Source: Podarcis bocagei
Taxonomy: Eukaryota
DNA length: 64,000 bases
Strand: one strand, 5' to 3'
Assembly: GCA_964188305.1 (NCBI GenBank)
Contig: OZ076885.1
The translations under genes and the position numbers were made by a program. Numbering within the stretch: position 1 is the stretch's first letter; every line of letters begins with the position of its first letter. The notes beneath the pieces were generated by a model that saw only the letters and a program-made list of their open reading frames with translations, made no database searches and was not told the origin of the DNA. Below are positions 24,027 through 36,543 of the stretch, piece after piece.

Positions 24027-24667
24027 CTGAGAAAATGGTGTCAAGGAATGCAAGTGCATAAATATGTAATTAGCTTAAGCTATTAATATTCTAAGGATGG
24101 CACCAAGGCCTCTTTTTTTTGGGGGGGGTGGAATCATAGCATTAGCAGTACATTTTCAAAACTAGGTTGCAAGTGTGGCAAGGGAGAAGAAAACACCTGT
24201 AGAAATTTATCTAGTGACTGCCATCGCTCAGAGTTTTCCAATTAAGTTTTTCTACGGAGAGCAAAGTTAGCCCTCTATTAGATACCATTATTATGTCAAG
24301 CTTGTGACTGAAGCAGTTGTGTTCCAAAGGATAGAATAACTGGTCCATGTAAACACAAAGTCAATGGGCATTTTAGGATGCAAAGAAGATGGAATGAAAC
24401 AACAAAAGCAGACCATAATCATTTGCCCTGGCAGGCCCTCCTTAAGAGTAGTGCTATCACTACCCGCTGAAAGCTCATGCCCTCCACCTTCTTTTACACA
24501 TGAAAATGTCATGTTTAAAATCTACACCTGCAGTTCTGAATTTCCGAAACTGCCATTGAACCAGATCTACTACCAGCCCACAAACTGGTTTACTGACAAG
24601 TGAACAGTCGACCCCAACACATCTGAATCATAGAAAGGGGAAGAAATACTTTGCAACAAAAGGATAC
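24027..24667 (-). other. U12-type (minor spliceosome) GT-AG intron, DDX18 intron 13
   Basis: 5' splice site GTATCCTTT. Branch motif TTCCTTGAC at 24040-24048, with the branch A about 15 nt from the AG. Confidence 0.92.
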
Positions 24668-24845
24668 TAAGGTCCACAAATGGTGGGACCTTGAAGCCAA
24701 AAGAGAGTGCAACCTTGAGCAGATCCAAGTTATTGACGTTGTAGATCTGTTTCAGAGAATGGGAATCATAAGCTCTTATATAGGCTTTGTAAGCTTCTTG
24801 GGCAGATTTGTGAAGAAAGTAGTTCTTCTCGATCAATTTTTCCAG
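24668..24845 (-). CDS. DDX18: DDX18 coding exon 13
   Basis: Encodes LEKLIEKNYFLHKSAQEAYKAYIRAYDSHSLK...FGFKVPPFVDL; 178 nt; ends at the U12-type donor A|GTATCCTTT. Confidence 0.94.
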
Positions 24846-25877
24846 CTGAAAATTACAAAGGCAGAAGGAACGTTCAATTATACAGTCATCTAATAAATGA
24901 GGAAATTGAACATTTTGCAGGTAACTGACATTGACATTTATCATTTGGAAGAATAGAGCAATAGAGTTGGAATAGTACACACATTTATCAAATTGTAGTT
25001 TTCAAAGTTAACAATGCAAGCTCATTATCAAGAAATACTGTTCTTTTACTTTTTTTTAAACAAAAATATGTGGCTATAGAATTTGAAAATTAGGTATAAA
25101 TTTCCTTCATAGAACAAATTGTGAAAACTCCACATTCTACAGTGGGACTTTTTACCAGGTCTCTGAAAAAAATATATCCTGGTCTCCATCTTACCTACTG
25201 CTAAAAATATACACAGCATGTTTCCACTTCCAGGTTTTTAAAAAATATATAATGCCATAGAGGAAAGGCTTCTAAAACCACGCCCCAATGTCAACCTCTC
25301 TGATAATAACATCTTGCAGTCAACTCAGTTTACACTCACATGCTGTCATTTTATCCTTCGTAGTGAAATTCTTGTGGGAGGAAGTGCAAAACAACATCAG
25401 GGTCTGTTCCAGCTATGGCCCATTCCTCTGCCTGCCCTGAGTCCCTCAGGCCATATACTGTCAACTGCCCTGTGGGAACTGTTATTATTTTACTCTCTTT
25501 TCTATTAGAAATCCTTCCATGAGGACGTATAAATATTCTGAAAGGCTACAAATAAACACTAATAAGAAAGACCATAAGGCACTCAGGTGCCTCAACATAC
25601 GTAAGACACACACTGTGCTATGTTCGTTTTATAAGTAGGTTGCTACGGTTACTTTAAATGTAGCAGGATTAAAATTCATCCAGATTTAGTTTCACTCACA
25701 CCTCACAATAGCTTCAAATTTGTGCACTGTGTGTTCTTCTATTATGATTTATTCATTAGATTGCTTTTTGTATTTATTTTTAGCTACCTAGATATGTGGG
25801 GTACAAATTTTTCCAAAGAAATAGGTGAAGCAAGCTGAAGAATGCAAGTGGCAGAAACGCTTTTATTTTTATTTTAC

Positions 25878-25934
25878 CTGAGATTGGATGTCAGAAATTT
25901 TGGACCAAGAAAATTCAAATTCATTTAATGGTAC
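25878..25934 (-). CDS. DDX18: DDX18 coding exon 12
   Basis: ttttag|VPLNEFEFSWSKISDIQSQ|gtaaaa; 57 nt. Confidence 0.93.
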
Positions 25935-26806
25935 CTAAAAGAATAATTAAGAAAACTGTTACATTATATGCAGAAGATACAGAAAAGGCAGGTGCTGCTC
26001 AAACATCAGTTCAGAGAACTGTCACTAAAAACAAATAGCAGCTGTCTAGAACATATGGAGGCTCACCCCAAATCCCATTCTTCTGCACTTGCTAAATTAG
26101 TGTAAATAAAGCAGGGGTTTTTTTTGGTAATGACAGAAATCCAGAGAGCGATTTCAACACAAAAATGTTTCAAAGAGGAATGGAAGTTCATACACAGCAT
26201 GAGCAGCTGTTTTGTAATTGCATTCTGAAACACCCTCATAACCAAAGACATTTCACATTTCTATACCCAACAGGGGACAATTACTCTGATGCATTCCTGT
26301 GCAAATGCGTCATGGAAGTTTCTGTATTTGCATAATTCCTGCAAAAGATGTGTTTGTGAGTCATTTTATGGTGGGAAAACAAGCTTATATGAACCCCCTG
26401 TGGGCTACCACCAATATATGCAGAAGCACTGCCCTGACATCTTCATGGTGGTATTGCCTCCATCAAAGCCCTCACCATTCTATGCAAAACATACAAAACA
26501 AACAATTTTATTGACAACTTATGACCATCCTTGGCATCATGGGAATTAGAAGCTGATTCTGTTTGCTGGATATGCGATGGGACCAAGAACCAGGATATCA
26601 AAGCAGTGCATCCATATTTTCTCTACTCCCTTAAACTCCACATGCATATGATGGAAAGCTTCTTCTAAATTATGCAGTTTCATTACAGCAGCCGCTCTGC
26701 AATTCTACTAAGGTTATTTAGTTAAACACTCTTTAGGCAATTAAGGCAGGTAGAAATTATTTGATTAATCATTAAGGCTTAGCTGCAGTGCTCCACACTG
26801 ACTTAC

Positions 26807-26920
26807 CCTAGCTTGCTTTAGGTAACGCAAGAAACCCAGTTCTTCCGGACGTAAAATCAGCAGAGCATGTCCTCTTCCATTTATACCCCGGGCAGTCCTA
26901 CCAACACGGTGAATGTATTC
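26807..26920 (-). CDS. DDX18: DDX18 coding exon 11 (motif VI)
   Basis: Encodes [38 protein letters not shown]; 114 nt. Confidence 0.95.
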
Positions 26921-28379
26921 CTTTTTAAAAAGAAACAATGCAAGAGTAACTAACATTTTTTTTACAGTAAACAGAGGCACAGCAAAGGGCGCTCATACAT
27001 AAACAGATCCGCAACTAAACTTACATAAAAGTCTCCTATTCCCCAAATGAAATTCTTATTTACTTCAGTTATGGACTTAGATTTGACAAAATAAATTAGT
27101 AAAAAAAAGAGGAAAAGCATGGATGCTTTGGAAAAGTATACACAATGGGAAAAATAAAGCATTGTGGGGTTTTTTTTTGGGGGGGGGGAGGAGTTTGGAA
27201 GCTTGACTCTTCTTGGTTGGAGCCGACACAGCTGGAAGTTAGCATCTTCTGGCTGCTGCTAAGGTCCCAACACCCTGGACCCACCACTGCCCATGATCTT
27301 TATTTCTTGCTGCTCCTCATTAGTGTCACCATTTGCATGCTCAGGCAGCCAGCAGCACATTAACTAGCTCTTTCCTTCTGGGCTCCCAATGTCTCACCTA
27401 AATGCCACTCTAACTTGCTCTTGAACATCGCTGGAGCCAGCTATGATTCCAATACTCTTGCCTTATTCAGGCATTCCATGCCCACCATTATAGAATTGCC
27501 TGTGTGAGGAAAGGAACATGCTAGCTAGATCTGCTCCCACCCTGGTCATCCCCCTGTTACTGGTCTCCACATACCGGAAGGCAAACACCTGCAGCATGGA
27601 TCCTGCTCCAATCCTGAAAGCTACATGCATGTTTCAGCAAACTGATCATGCAGCAACAAGCAATTTAACTGGAAGGCAGCGTGAAAGTCTGGCCTCTCTC
27701 TTCCTGGGATGCTGCTGTTTCTGCGCTGATGCAAGCCACCCCACATGCCAATAACTATTGGTACTAGCATTGTGACTTTTGATACTTAAGCAGATCTTTG
27801 GTTCAGCATAGGGATTTGACGATGGAGGGAAGGAAAAGAACAGCTGAGTAGACACAGAGGAGTGAGGAGCTCTGCCATATGCAGAATGGTGCTCTCTGCT
27901 CACTATATACCAGATTTTCCAGTTCCTTTATCTTTTTTTTTTAAGTTTCCTTAGAAGAGCAATCTTGTGCAAATAACTTCCCCCCAAAAGGGAAAAAAAA
28001 CATTCTGAAGGGTCTCAGAAAACAGTCTGAACGTACAGGATACAGAAACCCTGCAGAAGCAAAACAAAATTGGGTATAATCACTGTATGGGACAGAAACG
28101 TATGCATGCCATCTTGCGCTCCTTGGAGGAAATGTAATGGATAAAATTTAAATGTTAAATTGTGAAGTCAAGCTTAGCAGGGATTTTATTGATGCTCTGT
28201 TTTTATTCTTATACGCCGTATGCCACCTTGCTATATTATAAGTGCATGTTATAAATATGCATAAATAAATATATTAAGATTTGCGGTCTCATTTAGTTTC
28301 AGGAACACCGGGGAATTTCTTAGGTGGGTTAAATCCACAGCGCCTCTGAAAACATACATCTTTCAGGAAATTGTACTAC

Positions 28380-28532
28380 CTTTGGATCATCTGGTGGGTC
28401 ATACTGAACAATCCAGTCAACCTCCGGAATGTCCAGCCCTCGAGCAGCTACATCTGTGCACAAGAGTATTCCAGAATCGGCATTGCAGAACTGGAAAAAT
28501 GTCGTTGTGCGCTTCGTTTGCTTCTGCTTGCC
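28380..28532 (-). CDS. DDX18: DDX18 coding exon 10 (motif V)
   Basis: Encodes [18 protein letters not shown]...[26 protein letters not shown]; 153 nt. Confidence 0.95.
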
Positions 28533-29069
28533 CTAGAAGAAAGTGAGATGTCCATGATGAGGTTCATAAGCAACTATGGGATTCTCCAGAGAGAGCCTGA
28601 AAGCCAACACATCCCTATAATGTACATGCATCACACTGCATGAATAGCAACCTGGCTACAAATATATCAGAATTATGTCAAAAATTATACTGCCAAACAA
28701 ACCCCAAATCCATTACAAAGCCATAACTAGGTGTGAACAAGTGTCAGAACCACCACTGTGTGGGAAATAACCTGTGATATATTATGCACGGCGAAATAAA
28801 TAGTGCTTTTTAATTCTTACAAGAATCCTGTAAAAAAAGGCCTGCATTACTATCCCCATATTGCAGCCAGTATGCCAAGGCTCTGCAGTTTGCAAAAAAA
28901 CACTCCAGCAAATCCATGCCTAAGGCAAGATTTAGATCAGAGAATTGCTGGCTGTCAGTTTACACTTTTAGCCACCACATAAAATCAGAAGAAATGTCCA
29001 GCATGGAAAAAGGCAGCAATTACTGCTTTTTATGAGAAAATGCAAGAAGAGCAGCCTACAGTAGGAAGA

Positions 29070-29418
29070 GGGACACGGGTGACGCTGTGGGTTAAACCAC
29101 AGAGCCTAGGACTTGCCGAACAGAAGGTCGGTGGTTCGAATCCCTGCGACGGGGTGAGCTCCCGTTGCTCAGTCCCAGCTCCTGCCAACCTTGCAGTTCG
29201 AAAGCATGTCAAAGTGCAAGTAGATAAATAGGTACCGCTCCGGCGGGAAGGTAAGCGGTGTTTCCGTGTGCTGCTCTGGTTCGTCAGAAGCGGCTTAGTC
29301 ATGCTGGCAACATGACCTGGAAGCTGTACGCCGGCTCCCTCAGCCAATAAAGCCAGATGAGCGCCGCAACCCCAGAATCGGTCACGACTGGACCTAATGG
29401 TCAGGGGTCCCTTTACCT
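29070..29418 (+). mobile_element. Sauria SINE (full length) in DDX18 intron 9
   Basis: GGTTCGAATCC B box; same family as 17800-18152. 13-bp TSD tacagtaggaaga at 29057-29069 and 29419-29431. Confidence 0.9.
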
Positions 29419-30761
29419 TACAGTAGGAAGACTGTGAGAGAGACCAGAGTGCAAGAGTACTTTCCTCACTTGCGATTCCCAGAAACTGGCATTCAGAGAC
29501 ACACTCCAACATGGGAGGCAGAGCATAGCCATTGAGAGTAGCAGTTCAAGACTGATTTATGTTGTATATCACACTTTCTACTTCAGTGGGGAAATAACTC
29601 AAAAAGTATTGAACTATAAAAATCTCCAGGTAGATGGTTAGAGACGTTGTCCAATAACACATGGTTAAGTCTGCATTCTCCTCTCCCTGACCCCGCATAA
29701 ATCTATGGTACACCTTTTTTGGTGAACCCGTTTTGGGGTGTAAAGAAAACCAGCAGCAGCTCATACAATAAAACATCCTTAACCAACCTAGTGCCCTCCA
29801 AATGTTTTAGACTACAATTCCCATTAGTCTCAGCCAGCATGGCGTGCTAATGGGAGTTGTATTCCAGAGAGGTTATAGGAAAACCTATACACAGGAATGG
29901 GTTCTACCACAAATAAAAAAACTCTGCCATTGAATGGCTGTTAAACTGTTGCACAAATCTGCCCTGAAGTTTTGTTGCAATGACACATTTCACTGGAAAT
30001 ACTCAGGCCCTTCCAGGTTAGGTAAACTGGCAGAATATGAACTGCATCAGTTGTAAACATAAACATAAACAAAAACATAAACAAAACAGAAAAAAGTCCG
30101 ATTATGGGAGAGAATGAAAAACTTTTTTTTTTTTGCTTTCTAAAAAGTGCACAGTATTGCAGTTAATTTAGTAAATTCTACCTGAATAGTCATTTTTGTG
30201 TTAATTTAAGAAGAAACAAAGGGTGCTCTGCTTCTTCCACAGTAGGGGCACTGGGGGGGAAATCACTTTACTACATTAATGCACACACACTTAAAATGGT
30301 TAACTGTCAGCTAACAACATTCTAACAAACAACTTCAACCTTGCTGACAAAACCGAGTTCTTCACATAAGCATTTTAAAGGCAGGTTTAAGAGAAAGGTT
30401 CCGCTGATGACATTTAAAGGTTAATTTATGACTCCATTGCTGAAATCTTGCTGAGATGCTGACATTCTTGTTATGCACTCTCAGGCTTCATAAAAGGCCA
30501 CCTGCAATTTACAGTAACTTCAAAGCTACATGCATTATTCAAGCTTGCAAGTCGGCTCAAAACGCCCAGCTGCAGATGCAAAAGGGGTCTCATGATAGCA
30601 TAGAGCAGGGTCAATTTCTTGCCAAAAAGAGGGACTATTGAAATTATTCACAGTGTGCCCTAGAAGTCCCATAAGTCTGAGATCAGCTGTCAGTTAAAGA
30701 TGGCACTTAGCTGGCCAAAGTTTTTGTAAATGTACTGGTTGAACACTGTCAAAATGCCTTA

Positions 30762-30899
30762 CAGTGGTTCTCAACCTGTGGATCCCCAGATGTTGTTGGA
30801 CTACAACTCCCATCACCCCTGAGCTCTGGCCTTGCTACCTAGGGGTGATAGGAGTTGTAGTTCAACAACATCTGGGGACCCACAAGTTGAGAAAGTCTG
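30762..30899. mobile_element. palindromic hAT MITE with SPIN/Charlie-like TIR
   Basis: cagtggttctcaacctgtgg ... ccacaagttgagaaagtctg, with an internal ggactacaactccc inverted repeat. No clean TSD. Confidence 0.7.
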
Positions 30900-31383
30900 G
30901 CTTATAACATTGATCACATCATAATGACCGCTAAGCTATTGGTTTGCTTAAAACATGGTTCATTTAACTGGACACCAGCACCTTCCTTTAGGTGAGCAGG
31001 GAAACAAACTATGGAGCAGCTGGCTTAGCACTGCTTAAACCAGCCCTTTTGGTTTCTTTCTCTCAAAGAAACCATGAATGAGCAGGGAAGCCAAGAACGA
31101 ACCTTAGCAATAGATTGTGGGAGTACTCGAGCGGCATGTATCAGCATGCATCTCATGGACAGTTAAACAAATAATACTTCACAGCTTCGCATTACCTCTG
31201 AACGCAGCCAGTGTAAAGGGAGCACGCGATAACTCACAAGTGACGGATTACTGCTAGATTCTGGTTTATCAGATTATCAGCTTTATGTATATTAACCCAA
31301 AATAAATCATGAGTGATCAAAACAGTCATGGATAAACACTGCCAGTTTTAAAGTAGATTGTCATTTCCAAAACATATACTTAC

Positions 31384-31545
31384 GTGAATGGCCAGGACTG
31401 GGAGATCAATGTAGTTAAGAAGTTCATAATGGTACTTCACAGACATACATGAAGAGAAGAACACCATCAGTTTTTTCTTCCGATTCTTCTTAAGGAAAGT
31501 GAAAAGCAGGAGGAACCTCTTTTCTGAAGGGCACACTACGTAACC
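31384..31545 (-). CDS. DDX18: DDX18 coding exon 9 (motif IV)
   Basis: Encodes [33 protein letters not shown]...LAIH; 162 nt. Confidence 0.95.
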
Positions 31546-32868
31546 CTAAAAATGATTGGAAAAATGGTTTTATGTACATATAGCCTTCTACAGTGCTATT
31601 TCTAACAACTTCCAAACAGAAGCATACTCTACCAAAATGCACCCAAAGAATTGTGTTCTGATAACCCCTTTCCTAATCTCTTACTTGACCATAAGTGAAG
31701 GTGTGTGGTTCATTCCCATTGACTAAAGGAAAGGGATCAAAAAGGAGTTTTAAAAACAAACAAATCCGATTCCAATGCTATTCATCTGCCAGTAGAAAGG
31801 GCACCACTGCCAGAATGGATTCCCCTTCCTTCTGCAACTCCCCACTGCCCCCTGTGATGGCAAAATCTGCTCCGGAGGGTTGGATAACCCTCTGTAGAAG
31901 ACTGGGGGCTGCAGGAAGAAAGACATCCCATCATAGAAAACAGTTACGTTTTCTTACAGTTCCATCCTATGCACAATTGCCAGCAATCCAACTAAATTCA
32001 GTGGGATTTTCCAGTGAACATGTTCAAAAATTATGGTCTTAGAAAATGTCAGGCCACCTGAATAAAGATTTCAGTGAAATGTGGGTTTTACTTTTAAGCC
32101 CCTTAAATTCTATTTTCCTTACAAAAAAGGACTATAAAGAGAATCTGCATGAGTACAATTAAAGTTCACCCCAACTAATTTTCATATATTCCTGCAGTTT
32201 TTGTAGGAATGACGTTTTAAGGCTAGTCACTTGGTGCCAAGCAAAGATGATTCCTGCCCCCCCCCATCGCTTGGGCAGCACCTGCCTTTCATGTGACTGT
32301 GTTTTTATCTTCTTTATCCTAATTGCAAATTGTTTTGAGACTTTATTAGGAAGCAATATACAAATTTAACAAACCTAAGCCCAATCTAAATCTGGTATAA
32401 GACCATTCCAAGTGAGATAGTAGACAATTAATATCTTCAGGCAGCAGCATGGAATCCACACTATTTCAAAGCTGCACGTAGCTGTAATTATGCCACTGCA
32501 GGTGCATAGGAATCAGGTTTGTTATGGAAGATACATGAATATTGGAAAAAAGCGATCCGCTGTAAGCTGTAATTAGAAACCTTATGTACACTGGCTGAAC
32601 CTGAACTTGGATGCAGATCTCAATGTTTGGGTTTGCACGTAGCACTTATTTATTAAGATCCTAGGGCAGGCTACAGCAATATAATATACAATTATATATG
32701 CTACAGTAGAATTAAAAAAACACAAGCAAAACCATTATAACCAGAGCAGAACAATACAAATTCAGCAAGCGCTGGGTCCCACAAAACAAAAGGCATTAAC
32801 TGTCCAAAGTCCAGAGTGAAGTTACAGCTTCAGCATATGGTGAAAGCTATACAATGAAGATGCTAGAT

Positions 32869-33004
32869 CAGGCCTAGGCAAACCTGGCCCTCCAGATGTT
32901 TTGGGACTACAATTCCCATCATCCCTGACCACTGGTCCTGTTAGCTAGGGATGATGGGAGTTGTAGTCCCAAAACCTCTGGAGGGCCGGGTTTGCCTATA
33001 CCTG
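32869..33004. mobile_element. palindromic hAT MITE
   Basis: TIR cagg(cc/ta)taggcaaacc; perfect 8-bp TSD tgctagat. Confidence 0.88.
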
Positions 33005-33328
33005 TGCTAGATGCATGTCTGTGGAACTATATGTGGTCAACAATAAAAGCTTATGAAACAACAACAAGCCATGGTTTAAAAGTGTGGCCTAGTCATGGTG
33101 AATAAACCCTGGTTAAGGCACTGAGCCGGATTGGGCCAATTGAATTAAACCATAACTTAAGAGTTACATGAGAACCAGGACAATATGAAAAACAAAGGGC
33201 ACCTGGAGAAAGTGAAATCTGATAAAAGCAGAAAAATGAGTGTCCAGGACAGTAAAAATGAAACAAACTCTGCTAAGAAGCTAATGTATCTTTCTATTCC
33301 ACCACCACCACCACCACTTGATAGTTAC

Positions 33329-33468
33329 CTGTTCAAGCCCATCTACAGTTGCTGTCTCTTTATTGTCATCAACCCCAACATACAATGGCTCCTTTTTTAG
33401 AGAAATCTTGGCCAGGTCTTCAACTTTACGGGTTTGTGTAGCAGAGAACAACATGGTCTGCCTACGCT
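33329..33468 (-). CDS. DDX18: DDX18 coding exon 8 (SAT motif III)
   Basis: Encodes [34 protein letters not shown]...GLEQ; 140 nt. Confidence 0.95.
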
Positions 33469-33676
33469 CTGAGAGGGAGAAAAGGAAGCAACTTCAACTG
33501 AATGGATTACAGCAACAGATCTTGAATGAAATAAAACACACTAATGCTATGAGAAACACACTTGCTCTTTGTATAACCTGGATATTTCTAAAATTAGCCA
33601 GTCACGGGGGTTTTTCAACTATGAGCCAAATAGTTTCATAGCAGTCCAGTTTTGAAGTAGAAGCACACCAAAAACT

Positions 33677-33711
<35 letters not shown>

Positions 33712-34002
33712 TTTGCAAATGTTGATGCAGATATGCCTATTTGGGAGTAAGATCCACTGAACACAGTGGAGGTAATTTCTAAGTAAATATGCATGGGATT
33801 ACTCTGCAAATGTTACTATCCAGCCCGCTGTAAGGAAGGCACATCCATTTAAAATTCTGTACGGTGCTTAAAATGAAAACGCAAAAGACGCAGAAGAAGT
33901 GAGAAAGAACTGCAAAAAATAAAAATAAAGTGTTTTGAGACCGCCGCTCTCCCTGCCATCTCAAGAAAGAAAGAATGAGGACAATTTGAATGTTTGGCTT
34001 AC

Positions 34003-34117
34003 TTGGTAGGAGCTTAATGATCTGTTTCATTTCTTCCTCAAATCCCACTTCTAAGATTCTATCTGCCTCATCGATCACCAGGCACTGCAGGTTCTTGAAC
34101 ATAAACCCTGGAGTATT
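34003..34117 (-). CDS. DDX18: DDX18 coding exon 7 (DEAD motif II)
   Basis: Encodes [29 protein letters not shown]; 115 nt; ttgcag| ... A|gtaagc. Confidence 0.96.
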
Positions 34118-34196
34118 CTGCAAGGCATTTAAACAGTGTCACCAGCTATCACAAGGCACACAAAATAAGCCCTGAGCTACAAACTCCTCTTCCTAC

Positions 34197-34396
34197 CTGC
34201 ATATGGTCCAGAAGCCTGCCTGGAGTTGCCACAATGATGTTAATGCCATTTGCAAGTTTCTGTGCCTCGGCAGATCTATTACTGCCTCCCATTATCAGGC
34301 CATAAGTGTGGACGTGATGAGTCATCAATTCTTTGAGGACACCATAGGTCTGCATGGCAAGTTCCCGAGTAGGCGAAAGGATGAGGACGCCCGTTC
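34197..34396 (-). CDS. DDX18: DDX18 coding exon 6 (motifs Ia, GG, Ib)
   Basis: Contains SPTRELA, IMGG and [10 protein letters not shown]; 200 nt; canonical splice sites. Confidence 0.95.
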
Positions 34397-34505
34397 CTGG
34401 AAGGGGGCAGAGGGAAAGATGCAAAAAGGAGACCATAATGGCAAACAATTATCCCCAAAATTATCTTCAGACTTTCAAGTGAGAATGCAATGCAGAAAAT
34501 CTTAC

Positions 34506-34606
34506 CATTCCTGGGCATGAATTTTAACTTGTAGATGAGTTCTATGGCTGGAATAAGAAATGCCAGAGTTTTGCCACTGCCGGTTTTTGCTGCTGCTAGA
34601 ATATCT
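34506..34606 (-). CDS. DDX18: DDX18 coding exon 5 (Walker A)
   Basis: Encodes [33 protein letters not shown]; ctgcag| ... |gtaaga; 101 nt. Confidence 0.95.
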
Positions 34607-35545
34607 CTGCAGATAGAGTAAGTACAAAGAACTGAATTTACGAGTAGGAAAGCTGAAACAATTTAAAATCAAATAAGAATAGCTTTAAAGCTAAACATTA
34701 AAAATAATCCTGGAGTTTGTGTTTATGCATGCCTAGGCAAAAATAAGTCCTACGGAGCTTATTTCTAGGTATAGGATTGCAGCCTAAACTGCATTACACA
34801 TGACACAGAAAATCATTTTCCAAAATACATAAGTGGGACTACTTTCAGCTGTCACTATTTTAATTTTCCACCACAACCTTAACTGATTTTAATGTGGCAT
34901 GCTTTAATACAATGCTCACAACCCAGCAATGAGATAGAAAGAAACGCAGCCTGATCCTATAAGCAATTATTCAAATTAAGTCCCATGGGGTGATATCCAA
35001 TTGTGATGCCCCATTTGCATATCAGACTGTTCCTTGTGCAAACAGGCCCTGCTCTTCCTCTCCTTAAGCTTACAGATGTGCATTTCCCTGTTCCATATGG
35101 TGTGTTTGGGAGTCATGCTAAATATTACCCCTGTATTCACTGGGCTCTTATCCGGCTAGTATGCACAAGATAGCAACCCCAGTAACAGCAAGTGGGGTGG
35201 GGAGGAGAGGAGAAATCATTCTGTGGCTATCGAAGTGCTATCTCCTTAGTTACTTTGCATTCATAGGGACATACAAAGAGCCCTGTCGGATCAGGCCAAT
35301 GGGCCATCTAGTCCAGCATTCTGTTCTCAGTGGCCAACCAGATGCCTCAGGGAAACCCACATGCAGAATCTGAGCACGTGATCACTCTCCCCTCCTGTGA
35401 TCTCCAGCAACTGGTGCTCAGAAGCATTGCTGCGTCCAGTTGTGGAGGCGGAACACAGCTATTGTGGCTAGTTGCCATTGATACGATTACCAAAAAAAAA
35501 AGAGTCCATACAAAACACACCTGCCTTCCACAAGTCATTTCTTAC

Positions 35546-35681
35546 CTGCCTTCCACAAGTGGTTTAATACTTTTATGTTGAATTTCTGTCATGTGTGTAA
35601 AGCCCATGTCAGCTATTCCTTTCAACGTGTTCTCACTGACAAGGCCATTAAGGGAAGCAAATGACGTATCCTCAAAAGCAC
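35546..35681 (-). CDS. DDX18: DDX18 coding exon 4 (Q motif)
   Basis: ctttcag|GT; encodes AFEDTSFASL...MGFTHMTEIQHKSIKPLVEGR; donor AG|gtaaga; 136 nt. Confidence 0.93.
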
Positions 35682-35985
35682 CTGAAAGCAGAAATGATCT
35701 TGGTCAGTTTCCATTGACAACATGCCAAAATAAATAGCAACAAAGCCTTATTAAAGTAGAACAAAGCTGGTCTTTCAGTATCAAATTTCATTTCTGCACA
35801 CCACGGAAAATTCTGACGACAGCTAACTTATCCAGCCTCAGTACACACACATTCCCAGCCTCAATACACACAACTTTCTCTGGACCACCAAATAAGCTTA
35901 GCGTATTGCTGAGATGGTTTAATTTTTCCACATATGAAAGCCACACTGCAGCAATGCCTGAAGGAGTTACACAACTGCAAGTCCC

Positions 35986-35987
<2 letters not shown>

Positions 35988-36061
<74 letters not shown>
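35988..36061. repeat. (AAT)n(ATT)n perfect palindromic microsatellite
   Basis: 37-bp arms with no spacer; centre at 36024/36025. Confidence 0.9.
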
Positions 36062-36065
<4 letters not shown>

Positions 36066-36223
36066 TATTATTTATACCCCGCCCATCTGGCTGGGTTTCC
36101 CCAGCCACTCTGGGCGGCTTCCAAAAGAATATTAAGATACTATGATACATCAAACATTAAAAGCTTCCCTAAACAGGGCTGCCTTCAGATGTCTTCTAAA
36201 AGTCTGGTAGTTGTTGTTCTCTG
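36062..36223 (-). mobile_element. LINE (L2-like) 3'-end fragment with (AAT)n tail
   Basis: The motif ataccccgcccatctggctgggtttccccagccactctgggcggcttcc recurs at about 13915-13965 and, inverted, at about 53718-53770, each next to an A/T microsatellite. Confidence 0.6.
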
Positions 36224-36543
36224 CAGGGGTCAGCAAACTTTTTCAGTAGGGGGGCAGTCCACTGTCCCTCAGACCTTGTGGGGGACCAGACTATATTTGG
36301 GGGAAGGAATGAACGAATTCCTATGCCCCACAAATAACCCAGAGATGCATTTTAAATAAAAGCACACATTCTACTCATGTAAAAACACCAGGCAGGCCCC
36401 ACAATTAACCCAGAGATGCATTTTAAATAAAAGGACACATTCTACTCATGTAAAAACACGCTGATTCCCGGACCGTCTGCGGGCTGGATTTAGTAGGCGA
36501 TTGGGCTGGATCTGGCCCCCAGGCCTGAGTTTGCCTACTCATG
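36224..36543. mobile_element. non-autonomous hAT element
   Basis: caggggtcagcaaac ... gtttgcctactcatg, with an internal tandem duplication of about 70 bp. Same family as 60917-61165. Confidence 0.75.

Noticed and set aside
35906-36359. Poly-Asn/Tyr/Ile ORFs (and similar poly-HT/CV ORFs elsewhere)
   Set aside because: They are translations of microsatellites.
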